Below are positions 1 to 13,247 of a stretch of 64,000 nt of DNA, one piece after another (within the stretch, counting starts at the first letter, position 1; the number at the start of each line of letters is the position of its first letter). The DNA comes from Camelus dromedarius (taxonomy: Eukaryota). The translations under genes and the position numbers were made by a program. Location: the NCBI RefSeq assembly GCF_036321535.1, contig NC_087436.1, forward strand, positions 84,136,001 to 84,200,000, read 5' to 3'. The notes below the pieces were generated by a model. That model did no database searches. It was not told the DNA's origin and worked only from the letters and a program-made list of their open reading frames with translations.

Positions 1-39
1 TTATCCATCTTCTCCTATTTCTATTGATTGTCATGTTCT

Positions 40-150
40 CCCACCATAATGCATGTGGAGAACTTGCTGGATGCTCCCATGTCTGAAATAATGCCGGGCA
101 CATAGTGGGACTTTTACAGACCTTTGTTAAATGAATGATTGAATGAATAA
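40..150 (+). mobile_element. L2 3' tail fragment
   Basis: gcacatagt...tttgttaaatgaatgattgaatgaat is the typical L2 terminus. Confidence 0.65.
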
Positions 151-503
151 CAAAAATTTTATTTTAAATGATAAGATTAATACTATATTAAATTTTTACT
201 ATTTTACTTTTCTGAATTTGTAGTTTACTCTAAAAATAACATAGAAGATACATTCTTAAAAAGCATTAAAAATTTGAGTAATATAAAAATTGGGGAAAAA
301 TTATTTTAATACTTCAGGGGTATGGCTTAAAAAAACGTAAACAATCTCCAAATATAAATTTGGAAAAGTCGAGAATTTGATCTTAAATAAGCCGTTCTCA
401 AAAGTTAACTGGAACAACTTGAAATCTAACTTTTTTTTTTTTTTCCAGAAAATTGTGGGGCCAACTGGTGTAGTTCAAAGTCCAATGACCCCCATTCCTG
501 TGC

Positions 504-894
504 TGTTAGATATCTGCCTGCGATTCCTCAGAAGATAAAAGTACATTCTTTACTGGATAGCCTTGGGTAATGCCTAATCTTACAATAACTCAGGCTGGTT
601 TGTTTCAGCCCACCTCATCAGAGTCATAAACCCCACCACCCTTTGAGGACCCGAAACTTTCCTCACCTACAGCCAATCAAAGAGCTGTGTGCAAGGTGAT
701 CGCACAGCCCCCTATCCACTGTGTTCACCAACTCCTCCCCCTGGTTAAAGGCCTCAGCAACTACCCCCCAGTGCCCACACAGACACCTCCCATCTGTGTG
801 GCCCACTGTGGTCTACAGCAGCCTATCTATTAAACTTTTCTTTGTCTTTTAAACTTTTCTTTGTCTTTGGTAAATTCTTTTACTGCCTGCGACA
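504..894 (+). mobile_element. Solo ERV LTR (391 bp)
   Basis: TG...CA ends with flanks ctgtgc/ctgggc (5 of 6 match). Internal CCAAT near 672 and ATTAAA at 829. Confidence 0.65.
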
Positions 895-1546
895 CTGGGC
901 TGCCTTGTTCCCCAACAGAAATCATGGTAAATCTTCCCATGACTGAAATTCAAGGAACATTGAACACCTGAAATGACCAGAGGAATCACTGACTGAAGTA
1001 TGGATGGATGAAAAAATTTGAGTATCACAGCTATATGCTCCATTCCATATTCACTCGCTCCTGCTGACTGCTTGCCTGAAGACATGAACTTCATTGTGCC
1101 TGTCTCACAACACTTCTTTGAGTACAGATATTGTGGAAACACGGAACTTGCAGGCTGCAAGGGGCTGAAGTTCTTGCTTCTTAAGAATGTGTTTATAGAT
1201 CTCTCTAAATGAGAAACAGAGAATGGTATTCTTCTTTGTTCCTTTCCTGGAACAAATGAAGCTCAGAGTAGCATGCAAAAATCAGAGAGAAAATGGGACT
1301 CCACCACAATAATAAGAGCTCTGGATTATTCTGTGTTTGTTGATTATCATTAATGATATCTATGTATGGCTTCACAAAACAACAAATAAGAAAAAAGTCC
1401 TTCGGAGAGAAGAAAATTTCCCTTTGTAGTAACAAAGGTTTACTGTGGGTATTCCCAAGGTGCTGTGAGGAATTAAAAGACGTCCATGACCAGGTCGCTG
1501 CCCTAGGTTCCTGTCTTTGTAGTTTGGGGGAAGATAAGCCTAAAAA

Positions 1547-1703
1547 TCAGGGACAGTATAAAATGAAAATATGGGGCTCCTTGTTAAAATATTTTTGCAA
1601 ATTTCAAGACAATGACTGCAGAGCATTAAATCAAGCACAAGGCTCTTCTAATTGTGGGGCCCCATGTGATTGCACAGCTCACACATCCATGAAGCTGCCC
1701 CTG
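1547..1703. mobile_element. MER91-like hAT-Tip100 element
   Basis: caggg...aaaatatggggctccttgtt...gaagctgcccctg resembles the MER91 consensus. Confidence 0.6.
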
Positions 1704-1719
1704 AAGAAAACAACAAATT

Positions 1720-2100
1720 ATTCCATATGGAAAATAGTACAGAGGTTCCTCAAAAAATTAGAATTGAACTACCATATGATTCCACATCCACTTCTGAGTA
1801 TTTATATGACAGAAACAAAAACACTCAAAAAAATATATGCATGTCCACTGCAGCATTATTTACAATATCCAAAACATGGAAACAACCTAAATATTCATCA
1901 GTGGAGTAATGGTCATTTATCCATAAAAGGAATGAAATCTTGCCATTAGCAACATCATTGTTGGACCTTGAGGGCGTTATGCTAAATGAGATAAATCAGG
2001 TAGAAAAAGAGTAATACTGTGTGATCTCATTTATATGTGGAACCTAAAACAAAAATAAAAACAAAAAATAAAAATATAAACTCATAAAAAATAATAAATC
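1720..2100 (+). mobile_element. L1 ORF2 C-terminus plus 3'UTR fragment
   Basis: Encodes IELPYD...AALFTISKTWKQPK and has an A-rich tail. Confidence 0.85.
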
Positions 2101-2469
2101 ATTAAGACAAAATATAATGAAATAAACACTTGAGAAATATACAAGGTACTGATGGGGAAAAAAAAGGAAGAAACCATGAGGTATCCATGCTATAGAAAAG
2201 GGGCTGAAAGATGGTACACAAAAATGCCAACACCTCCTCTAAGGGAAGTGATGTGGGGCTGAGGAGCGTAGGGAGTTGATAGAGGGGGCTTTTCTTGTTC
2301 GATCTCTGTACTTCTGTATTATCTGAACCTTTTATAGTGAGTTTGTATTTTACATTTGTAATTCAAATAAGTGATTTACCAAAGAATCTTGGCTACTGTT
2401 GTTAATGTTTATCATATGATATACTCTGATGTTACTATTCTATTCCATTAAAAAAAATATTGGCCCTCT

Positions 2470-2810
2470 GAACCAGCACTTCACAAAAGAAGATATTCAA
2501 ATAGCCAATAAACAAACGAAAATGTTCTCAACTTCATTAGTCATCAGAGAAATATAAATTTAAACCACAATGCAATGCCACTGTCTACCCAGTCAAATGG
2601 CTAAACTGAGAAAAACAATGCCAATCTTCAGCAAGGATATGGAGCAACTGGAACTCTCGTACATTATTTATGGGAGTATAAATTGACACAAGCTAAAAAC
2701 AACTATTTAGCATTATCTACCAAAGCTCAGCATACATGTACACTTTGACCCGGTAGTTGAGCTCCAAGATACATACCTAACAGAAATGTATAGACGGTCA
2801 TGAAAAATGA
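2470..2810 (+). mobile_element. Old L1 (L1M) ORF2 fragment
   Basis: cacttcacaaaagaagatattcaaatagccaataaac...tcatcagagaaat is L1 ORF2 3' sequence. Confidence 0.75.
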
Positions 2811-2827
2811 CCAAAAATGGTCACAGA

Positions 2828-3880
2828 AGTAGATTGTATTTTCCAAAGATGGCTGTGACAATCTCACTTGTAGCATGTTTTCCTATAATATAGCCTAGAG
2901 ATTCTTCCCTAGGAGAGATAGAATCGGTCTCCTCCCTTTGAACCCAGGCAGGCTTGTGACTCATTTGGAACAAGAAAATGTTGTGTAAGTGATGCCATGT
3001 GACTTCCAAAGTTAAGTCAGTGGAGGGTAGAAGGACATGCCACCCCATAATGTACCACTTTGACATTAGTATTCTTTGAACTGAAGGCAATTGAGAAAAA
3101 AGCACATATCAGGAAAGCTCTCTGCCTTCCTCCTACTTGCCTAAATACAGGAGATAAATCTATGATGGTGTCTCCTGTCTCTCCTCTCTGCCAGGCAGAA
3201 CAGAAGTTAATCACCAGAGATAACCATAGACCTATCAGGCCCAGCCCTTACCTCCCCATATATTATTTTACCACAATTTTCTGTCCTAAAAACTTGTGGT
3301 CCTTTTCTTTTGTCTTGTTACTTCTCTAAAAATTTTTGTTCTTTTGTTAAGATGCTCTAGAAGCCCATGTTCTAACTGCCCTTTGTGATACTCATCACTG
3401 AGGATTCCCATATATACTTCGATGCACATGTTAATAAACTTGTGTTTTTCTCTGTTAATCTGGCTTTTTGTCAGTCTAATTTACAGGGCTTAGGTTCAAA
3501 TGAACCTAAGATGAGTAGAGGCAAAAGAGTTTTTCCTCCTTTACATTAGAAAAAGCCCGCAGCTTCTTCTTTCTTCCGGGGGCACTCATGCTTGGCATTC
3601 TGAGCTACCATGTAAGAAGTCCAGCTGCCCTGAGGCCACCATGCTGTGAGGAAGCCAAACGACCAGGAGAGTCCACATATAGGTGACCCAATTGGCAGTG
3701 CTCAGTCTTAGAGTCCTCTTGGCCCAGGTGCCAGATGTGTGCTGATGCCACTGTCATCTCACCCTCAACCACTGAGTCTTTTCAGCTGAGGCCCCAGACC
3801 TCACTGCAGCAAACATAAACCATTCCCACAATGCCCTTTCCAAACTCCTGGCTCATAGCATCTGTGAGCATGATAAAGTG
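2828..3880 (+). mobile_element. MLT1 (MaLR) LTR interrupted by an ERV1 solo LTR
   Basis: MLT1 motifs aagtgatgccatgtgacttcc and gccaccatgctgtgaggaagcc lie on either side of the 3021-3545 insert. Confidence 0.7.
3021..3545 (+). mobile_element. ERV1-class solo LTR (MER34/MER39-like) nested in MLT1
   Basis: TG...tttttcctcctttaCA ends, AATAAA at 3433, 4-bp flanks tcag/ttag. Confidence 0.75.
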
Positions 3881-3886
3881 GGCATT

Positions 3887-4005
3887 CTTTTTTTGTGGGG
3901 GGAGCAGGGGGGAGGTAATTAGGTATTTTTGCTTTTGTTTTTTTTTAACTGTTGAACCCAGGACCTCGTGCATGCATACACTTTACCACTGAGATGTACC
4001 CACCC
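3887..4005 (-). mobile_element. tRNA-derived SINE (Vic-1-like), internally deleted
   Basis: Reverse complement shows ctcagtggta...gtcctgggttcaa and the aattacctcccc tail. Confidence 0.75.
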
Positions 4006-4029
4006 AACTAAATAATATGTTGCAGTTAT

Positions 4030-4390
4030 TCATGTAATGGAATATTCTATGGCAGTGAGAACTAATTGATACACAAAACAACATGGATGGATTTTACAAA
4101 TACAATGCTGAGCAAAAGAAGCCAAATACAAAAGAATACATACCATATGATTTTATTTATATGAAATTCCAAAAGGACAAAACTTATATCTAGTGCTGGA
4201 AACCAGGGTAATGGTTAGCTCTGGAGGGAGGTAGTGACTGGGAGGGTGTGTAAGGAGGGTTTCTGAGATGCTAGCAATGTTCTGTTTCTTCGTGTCAGTC
4301 TGGCTGCACAGTTGCGGCTATTCTGTAAAAATCTGAGCTCAACTTTTGATGTATGCACTTTTCTGCTTTTAGGTTACACTTCAATAACAT
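4030..4390 (+). mobile_element. Old L1 (L1ME-like) 3'UTR
   Basis: aacatggatggat...aatgctgagcaaaagaagcca...ggtttctgagatgctagcaatgttctgtttctt. Confidence 0.7.
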
Positions 4391-4712
4391 TTTTAAAGAT
4401 GCCAACCATGACCCAGAGATTGATTTCCCAACCCACAGATTGCAATTTACAGTTCTATGTGAATGGTACCTGATGGGGCTGTGTAGGACAGTGGCTGGTG
4501 GTGATCTTGCCTCAGACAGCTGGATGGGTATCACAGGTCAGCTGTTTGTGTAAAAGCATCCTTAACATAAAGCTTCCTGCATACTAGAACCAACTGCTGG
4601 CTGCGTCCAACTCAAAGGCTCTGGGGAAGACTATTCTTTCCCTTCAGATCAATTGGAATGTGCCGGTAAAAGGGCAGAAATATCTTAGTGTTTAAGATCA
4701 TAGACTTTGGGT

Positions 4713-4796
4713 GGGGGGGAGGGTATAGCTCAGTGGTAGAGTGAGGCATGAATGAGGTCCTGGATTCAAGCTCCAGTAACTCCATTAAAAAAAAAA
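4713..4796 (+). mobile_element. tRNA-derived SINE (Vic-1-like)
   Basis: ggggagggtatagctcagtggtagag (A box), ggattcaagc (B box), poly(A). Degenerate TSD aagatcatagactt/aagaacatggactt. Confidence 0.85.
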
Positions 4797-5495
4797 GAAG
4801 AAGAACATGGACTTGGGTATTTGATAGATGGGCTTTGAATGGTGTGCAGCAGGTTAACTTGACCTTTATAAAAACATTTCTTTAGCACTTACTCTGTGCT
4901 AGCATTTTACCTGTACAATCTCATCTATTAAAAGAACAAACCTGTGAAGTAACTTAGTTACTAGGACTTTCCATTTATGAAGCTGAGGAAATTAAAAACT
5001 GGAGAAATTAGATAACCTGCTGGAGTTCCCAGTGTTTATAAATGTCTAAGGATGGAGCCTGACATATGACTGTATTTTTTTGAGTTGCCTGAATACATGG
5101 ACAAACTTCAGATTGAAGGACTGGAAGGTATGACACTAGTCAGCCAAAAATGGAAAGAGAAGTTTACAGATGATGCTAAAGAGTCTTGACCAAGGGCAAA
5201 GTCAGGTTAGGAGTACGTAAATCCGGGGTTTGAGTTTCATCTCTCTGACTGATCTTTGGCTAAGCTGAATGATTTTAGTTTTTCTTTTTGTATGGTGGTT
5301 ATGTTTGTTTTTCTTCTACAGATGACTGCTTTCAGAGAAATGATTGAGTTCTTCGTCTCTTTAGATCTTTGTATTAGCTTCTTTGTATCATTCAGGTCTC
5401 TGGTCAAATGCCACCTCCTCAGAAAGCCCTTTGCTAACTACCTTGTCTAAAATATCCTCCCTGTCACTCTCACTTTATTCCTTCTTAGTTTTCTT

Positions 5496-5606
5496 TTTTT
5501 TTTTTTTTAATTTTTTATTTATTTTTAATGGGGGTACTGGGAACTGAACTCAGGACCTCATGCATGATAAGCATGCGCTCTACCACTGAGTTATATCTAC
5601 CCCCTC
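5496..5606 (-). mobile_element. tRNA-derived SINE (Vic-1-like)
   Basis: Poly(T) head. Perfect TSD cttagttttctt at 5484-5495 and 5607-5618. Confidence 0.88.
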
Positions 5607-5894
5607 CTTAGTTTTCTTCTAAGCAATTTTCAGTGCTGGAAACCATTTTATTTACTTGTTTATTGCCTGTCTCCTCCATTATAATGTGAGCTTCATGAGG
5701 GCAAAGATTTATCTGCTTTATTCATCTAAATCCCCAGTGCCTAGAACAGTGCCTGGAAGGAATGTCCTAGATGATCAATTAGTACTAGGGAAGGGAGAAA
5801 GAGAGGAAGGCAGGGGGGAAGCAGGGAGGAAGGAAAAAAGGAGACTGGTATACAGACATTTGAGGACTTTGAATTGGCTTTTTGTGTTTAAGCC

Positions 5895-6310
5895 TGTATT
5901 GGTAATACTAGCTCCTATAAGAGATATCTTCCCCCACCCCCCAAATCTCAGTAGCTCATCACAAAAACCTTATTTCTCATTCACAAAATCATCTAATGCA
6001 GATGTTCCTGGTTAGGGGGGTTTCCTCCAAGTAGTGATTCAGGGATCCAGGCTCCTTCCACATTCAAAATGTGGCTCCCAAGATTGCCCTGGGAGCCATC
6101 TCCCTCCCTGTCAGCTGGGAGGGTTCAAGGGCATGGAGGACAACACAGAGGAGATTTAATGGGCCAGACCTGGAAGTGCTATGTATCACTTTTGACCACA
6201 TGCCACTTGGCACAGCTAAGTGTAAGGGAGGTTTGGAAATACAGTGTAGGTGTGTGCCCAGGAGAACAGAACACATCTGGTGAACAGCTAAACAATCCTT
6301 GCCACTGTGG
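5895..6310. mobile_element. MLT1J/K-like MaLR LTR
   Basis: cagggatccaggctccttcc...gggccagacctggaagtg...gtgcccaggagaa. Confidence 0.6.
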
Positions 6311-6952
6311 TTAAATGAGGTGGTCCCTGTTACACATCTATAAATAAAGAGTTCAGAGTAAAATCATTCATTACTGTATATTTGTGTTTTAAAAGTCTAG
6401 AAACCATTTGTTTCAGAGAATTTCCAAAGTCTCCCTCTATGATAAAACCATTACCTTTTCTTGAGAGCTGCCTTTTATATTCTCCAGGGAGAGGAAAGAA
6501 GAGAAACCTGAACTTGATTTTTGCAAAAATTTCATTTGTATCTAAATTGTTTCACAAGACTGTGACATGTTTACATATAAACTATATTTTTGACTAGATT
6601 ACAAAACCTGCCACAGTTGCCCCCAAAGGCATGGATTTCCTAACAGGGTGGCTGTCAACACTGCAAAATGTATCTCTGAGGGTTTGAAATCTTACCACCT
6701 AGGAAGGAATAGATGTTTTGAAATTTCTAAATTTTAAGTGAGGCCCAGTTAAAGCCTGGTGTTTCCACTCAGATTACCTTATCACAATTTTTTCCCCCTA
6801 ATTTAATACTAGTCAAGACTATAAGCTCCAGAAGAATGAGTTTCTGTCCATTGTCAGAGGGGTAGCAAGGTGATAACAGGAAAAACTAACATTTACTGAG
6901 GCTTATTTGTCAGGACTGTGCTAGGCACTGTGCCCATGAACTTGACTTCCTT

Positions 6953-7065
6953 TTTTTTTTTTTTTTAACATTTTTTATTGATTTATAATCATTTTACAAT
7001 GTTGTGTCAAATTCCAGTGTTCAGCACAATTTTTCAGTCATTCATGGACATACACACACTCATTG
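6953..7065 (-). mobile_element. Young, extremely 5'-truncated L1 tail inserted in a MIR
   Basis: Poly(T) followed by tttattg...tttacaatgttgtg (L1 3' end). Perfect TSD gaacttgacttcctt at 6938-6952 and 7066-7080. Confidence 0.85.
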
Positions 7066-8089
7066 GAACTTGACTTCCTTTAATCCTCGTATCAACACAC
7101 CAAGGAAGGTAGTGTGATCCCAGTTTGATCAGTGAGGACACTTTGTCCCTCATCTGTTGTTCAGACCAGCAAAGGACAAAGCTTGGATGTGAGCTGAGGT
7201 GTATCTGGCACCAAAGCCCACACTCCTGACCAGAGCAGACTAGGAAAGAGAATGAAAGTGAAGAACTTGGGAAATGGGCTAGAGACCAACACTGAGGAGT
7301 CTTGGAATTTGATTCCTCAGTCTTTTCTTTTCTAAGAAGTCCCTGCAGGTGATTCATGCCTTTGTCTGTTAGTTGCTAGCACTGTAGAAAGACTGAAGTT
7401 ACATGTACGATTAGAGCTTCAGATCCTAGTACCAGCTCTCTGATGTTTCTGGTCACTTAATGAAATCACCTTGCAGGGAGTTTGTCCAAACCAGCTATCT
7501 GTGGGAGCAATCAAGTTCCAACCCCGATTTGACTGGGAAGATTTGGCTACCCTGATCATACCTCTCTGGGAAAAATGAAACTGACAGATTAAGGGAGCAA
7601 TTCGAAGAATAAATTTGGCACCCAATTTAAGACTGGAAAATAATTTTCCTTCTTATTCAGGCACGGAAACTGCCTTAAGGACGGTAAAAGCCAGCAGGAG
7701 AGTCCAGCTGAAAGCCCTTTTCCCTCTTCGCCTCTGCCAGGGCTCAGGTCTGTGAAACAGATGAACTATTTGCTACCTTCCTGAGTTTGTACTCAGTTGC
7801 TTATAGCAGACCTAGAAATACGTACATCATCAAAGTAAAAACTTAAGCCAAATAGTAAGATTTCAGAGTGGGAGAAACAGTAGACTTTACAAGAATTAAA
7901 CTAAAATTCCAGCCACATCTAGTAAGTCTTTGAACCATAAAGATTATATTTTGCAATATTAAATATATCATTTTTGGAAAACCCATTCCTTTAGAATCTT
8001 TTGGGGTTAACACTATTTTCAGATTTCTTTTTCACAGCCATTGCATGTAGTATAAAGGAGATAAAGGAAAAACTGTGCTAAAATGTATT

Positions 8090-8645
8090 TCCTCTAAATT
8101 GGTGCGGTCTCTGTGGAATATTGCTGAAGGATATATTATCAACATTTATCAAAATTACAATACAAAATTATAAACCCTCTGACTCAGAAATTTTACATCC
8201 AGGAATTTACATTATAGACATACTTGTACTGATATATGTACATGGTTATTCTGCACCATAGTTTATATAAAGGCAAAAGAATGGAGACAAGCTAAACATC
8301 AACAGAGGACTAACTGAATAAATCACAGTGCCTGTATATAGTGGAACAGTATGTAGCCATTGGAATGAATAAAGAAGCTAATATTTAATGTACTGATGTT
8401 TAATGATCTCCAGGATATATAGTTAAATGACAAAAGCCAGGTGTAGAACAGTGTGGGAAGTACAGACAAAAGGCAACTTGTATGGGCGGGGGGGTGGGGG
8501 AGATGTACATGATTTTGCTTTATATGCAGAAACTATCTCTAGGACACAGAGAAACTTGTAATGTTGATTACTTCAAAGAGCTGAGTAGCTGGTAAGAAAG
8601 ACTTTTCACTGTATGCTCTCTGTATCTTTTGAGTTCGGGACTATG
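8090..8645 (+). mobile_element. Old L1 (L1ME-like) 3' fragment
   Basis: Degenerate ctctgactcagaaatt...gatctccaggatatatagttaaatga...gacttttcactgtat. Confidence 0.6.
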
Positions 8646-10159
8646 TTAACAATTTAAAAGGATATTTATTCATTGAAGTATAGTTGATTTACAATGTTGT
8701 GTTAGTTTCTGGTGTACAAGAAGGTGATTGGAGATGACTGTGTCTGTCCTTGCCTGACACCTTGATTGGTGCCTTGTGATGGATGGTGAAGCAGAGGGCT
8801 CAGTGTTCTGACCCACAGACACTGTGAGATGATAGATGTATGCTGTTTTAAGTCACCGAATTTTAGGGTAATTTACTAGCAATAATTAGCTATAGATAAC
8901 TAATAAATAAGATACATTTAAATAATAAATTAGTCATTGAAGTTTAAAAATTTAAAACAGGATAACCTAAGGAATACAAATACAAATATTAAGATCAAAT
9001 ACAAATATTAACAAATTAGAGAATTAAAAAGTGGTAGAACTAGTAAATCCAAGAACTGATTCTTTTAAAAGCAATAAACAACTAATTAACCTAAAAAATA
9101 AAAAAGAAAGCATAACACACAAAATAAGAAATGAGAAAGGAGAAATAAAGACAGATTTTTTTTAAAATTAAGTGCTTGGTTCAACTATATGCATTTAAAA
9201 ATCTTTAAAAGAAAATATTTCACATTTGATTCCCTTCTTTTTCCTATGAGGAAATGAGCTGATATAAATTTGTGATTTAAATTTGGGCTCTTGTCTTTAT
9301 TCTGACCATTCCCTGTAATTCAGGATAAAACTGGGAAAGTCTTACAGAGCAGTATTTTTCAACCTGCATGTCACAACATATTGCATGGGTCATGAAATCC
9401 GTGTAGTGGATTTGACTAGAATTTTTAAATGACATATAATAGAATATGAAAATATGAGGGCATTGTGCATAGTGGGGGTGAGTATTTCTTTCATAAAACT
9501 TGTACTTCAGTTGTGTGTGTGTGTGTGCACATTAGCTACTGTGTAAAATTTATTTCTCTTTGTTCACATCAAGAGTTTGAAAGTGACTAGTGCACAGGAC
9601 TCAAGGGATATGGAAAGTAATTCTGTACACACAGAAGGCTCCTGAGAGCATCTGTAATTGTGAACCCTAACACTGAAACAGAAAGGTACAACTTTTCTCC
9701 ATTAAAATGTATGTCACAGCCTACAGGCTTCAAACTCTGACTCATTTTTTCCAGGGGTTAACTTCCCTCTCACTACCTGCTGCATAATATCATTGATGAT
9801 TTCCATCTGTTCTAATGATCCTGTATCCCATGGCAACTCTTCAAATTCTTCAGTTTTATCCATTTTAAGATGATGCTTGCCTGTTTTTCATATTGAGAAT
9901 TTATTCATTTCTTGCTACATGGTGGATTCCTGATCTTTGACTATGTTATTTTTCCTTTAGTTTTAAGCTATAATTTTTTTTTTCCATATTGAATCTGCTT
10001 AACATATAGAAAGACAAAAAAAGTTGAAGATCAAGCCTTTTCACCAGTCCTCTGGGTTGCCCTTGCCTCTTACTTTAATTCCTTCTTTCTGCTCTTCTCT
10101 ACTCTCTTCCAAAATATTGCACTGAGGAGGTATTTATACTCCTCTCTATCTCAGCCTTC

Positions 10160-10482
10160 ACTCTGGGGGAAGCTGGCTGCTGGTCTAAGTAGCCCTATGG
10201 AGAAGCCTGCATGGCCAGGAACGGGTGACTCTAACAGTCAGCAAAGACCAGAGGCTTGACAACAGCCACATGAGTGAGCTTGGAAGTGGATCCTCACCTG
10301 GTTGAGCCTTGAGATGACAATGCTCCTGGCTGACAACGTAATTGCTTCCTTGTAAGAGATCCTGAGCCAAAAGACCCAGCAACACCATATCCAAGTTCCT
10401 GTCCCAGAGAAACTGAGATGTTTGTTGTTTTAAGTTGCTATGACTTAGGGTAATTTGTTACACAGCAAAGATAACTAACACA
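10160..10482 (+). mobile_element. MLT1 (MaLR) LTR 3' part
   Basis: aacagccacatgagtgagcttggaagtggatcct...tgttttaagttgcta...gtaatttgttacacagcaaagataactaaca. Confidence 0.8.
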
Positions 10483-11454
10483 GGGGCAAGTTATCCATTA
10501 TTTGAGCTTTGGTTGAAGGCATGGCTTAGCCTCCATCATGGGTGTTGAAAGGAGCCAGACATGATCTGTCCTCAATTCCTCATGAGTATGGGCACATGTG
10601 GTCATATGTGGGCGCAGCCTATCCAGAAACGGCCTGGGATCTAGTGACTTAAAGATGTAGGGATAGTTGAGAAATGATTCTTCACAGTGGCTGCCCTGAG
10701 TGCCCTACAGCAGAGGTACCAATGACAGCTTCTTGATTAGACTGTTTCTGCAAGGAAAATTGAGGACCAGAGACTAAGATTCCCATCTATAAAAGGGAGA
10801 TAATAACAGGTCCTATAATTCAGGGTTGTTGTGAGAATTACTTGGATTCAAATACAGAAAGTACTTAGGCTAGCACCTGGCATACAGTAAGTGCTTTTTT
10901 AGTGTTGACTTTTATTGTAGAAAGGTTATCTAAAATGGGGAGATGTTGATATTGAAGACAGATTCAATAGATGAGTTCTGAGTAGTAACAGAGTCCTCCT
11001 TCACCACCGCCAAGTCACTCAGTCTCCCACACATAGGCGAGACTTCAGATGCCCAGTGTAGTTAGCTTCTTCAGGGTTGAGCTGCTGACACAACTTCATT
11101 TAGGAGTGGGTTCAGAGCATCCCCAGGTTTTCCCTGTGGGCTATCCCAAGTAGTGAACACTTCCTGAGGGCTGACTGTGTGACTGGCACTAGTCTACCAG
11201 CTTTTATGCATTAGCTCATTCCAGGAAACTTATGGGGCACAGAGAGATCAAGTAACTTACCCAAGGTCACACAGCTAGTGAGTAGCAGAGCTTTGGTTCT
11301 GGGCACTCTGGCTCCAGACTGTGCTCCTCAACACTGTTTCCCTGCGTTTCAGGTGAAGAGGTTCAGTCCTAACAACCTCAGTGGGGGCTCAACTCAAGAA
11401 CCCAGTAACTACCTCAAATGCTGGTCACTGTCATATGCTGATTAACCCCTAGTC

Positions 11455-11805
11455 ATATCAATGTCCTTAAGTCCAGAACCTGTGACTGTTACCTTATATG
11501 GCAAAAGGGACTTTGCCACTCTTCCTTCTGAGTGAGACAGAACGCACTCCGTCTATGGAGTATGGATCTACTAAGCACCCAACTCCCCACCTCGTGACCT
11601 TTCTCTTGCCTTCTGAAACGTCCTGAATTCTGTCTATGCAGGATGTATCTCTCTGGATAAATCTACAGTTACTCAACTGTGGCTCATTCTTGAATTCTTT
11701 CCTGCACAAAGCCAAGGACCCACACTTGGTGGGGTACGTCCCAGGGACTCAGCTGAGACCTGGGACATGACCATCCTCTTGCCCCACATTCATTTTCCTG
11801 TATCA
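11455..11805 (+). mobile_element. MLT1 fragment joined to an ERV1 LTR 3' fragment
   Basis: tgttaccttatatggcaaaagggactttgc (MLT1), then cttgaattctttcctgcacaaagccaaggacc...ttcctgtatCA (U5-like). Confidence 0.55.
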
Positions 11806-13247
11806 CCTGCAACAATAGCACCTACCATACAGTAATGTTTACACGTTATCTCCAACTGCTCCTTGGGAATAGGACTGCCCGCTTTATACATCTTGGAGTT
11901 GTTAGCACCTTACAAAAATCTCCAGCATGCAGTAAGTCTTCATAACTATTTTCTGAATTAAGAAGTGTGAGTGGATGTGTTACAAAGTAACCACAGGAGT
12001 GAAGAAAAAGTCATTCATGAGGACTAGGGGTGCCTTTTGGAGAATATTGAATGTCAGACACACTTCATAGAAGGACCAAGGCTTCGCAGAGCTTCTACAT
12101 GCTGGCAAACTGGAGCCAGGGTTTTGGAGATGAAGGTGAGCTTTGAAGGCGGGGAGGAGACTGAAGGAAGAAAGCTTACCCGGGTGAGGCAGAGCTTCAG
12201 GCAGGAAAGTTTCAAGAAAGCAAAGGCATTTAAAGCCACCTTGGTGAGGTCCAGGGGCCTTAATTATTAAGGTGTCAGAAAACTATTGAAAGGTTTCTTC
12301 GATGTATTGGACAGGTCATTACAGAAAGTAGAACATCACTGTCTAGAGACGTCTTAAAAGAGCCCCTTCTAAACATACCACCTCTGCCTGCGTAAATACC
12401 CATCCTGGAAGGAAGGAAAGAACTGGAACGGGTCTTCCTTTATTTGACCTGGGCTGCTTTAAAATGGCTGAGACTGCCCTGAGGAGGAAGACGGACCCAC
12501 AGTGCCAGCAGAGGAGGGCTGGCCCAGGGCTATACGGTAGTTGACACCCCAGGAAACCGACATACCGGAGGCGTCCCTGAATCTCTAATGAGCTCCATGA
12601 TTCTGTGCTCTGATAGGCCCTCTTAAATCATGAAGCAAAAAAAGCATCTTCATTGTGTGTCTAAAGCTAGTTTACTCCCTGGGGCTGGTTCTTTGATTGC
12701 TGTGCTTCCGAATATTTGCATAAGAATGAGACACAATGGCTCAATGGTTACACAAACCCCAGGTGGGCCGATTTCTGGATAGACTTGGAGGAGAATTGAC
12801 CTTTAACTCTTCTGGGAATCTCTGGAGCAAGTTAAAGGACTACAAAACTTATTCCGAAGATGGGCTGGGTCGAGACTGATACAGGTTTTTCTTTTAATTG
12901 TTTTTAGGCCAAGGAGATAAGGGAGGATGAAATTTCTCTTTGGGTCCAGCATCCCCTCTCCCCTTCACTGTGACCCTGCACATGGCCACTTTACTCCACA
13001 CCCGCTACGTGCTCCCACTCAAAGGTCAGCCCCCTTCCTCCAGTTGCCACCAAACATAGATTTTTCCAAATGTAGACTTTTCCAAGGGGCCAGAGTTTTT
13101 TGCTTGTTCCTGGTCTATGGTTATATCCTGATCCCAGCTCTCTTCCCTGCGTCTATATCGTAAAGTCTTCACCAACCCCATGAGTGTCACCTCACATGAC
13201 ATTTCTTCAAGCACGTTGTGTTGTCACCAAGGTCACTGCAGTGGGTG

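Noticed and set aside
1353..1949. 198-aa ORF, the longest in the track
   Set aside because: A chance read-through across unique sequence, a MER91-like element and an L1 fragment, with no coherent domain.
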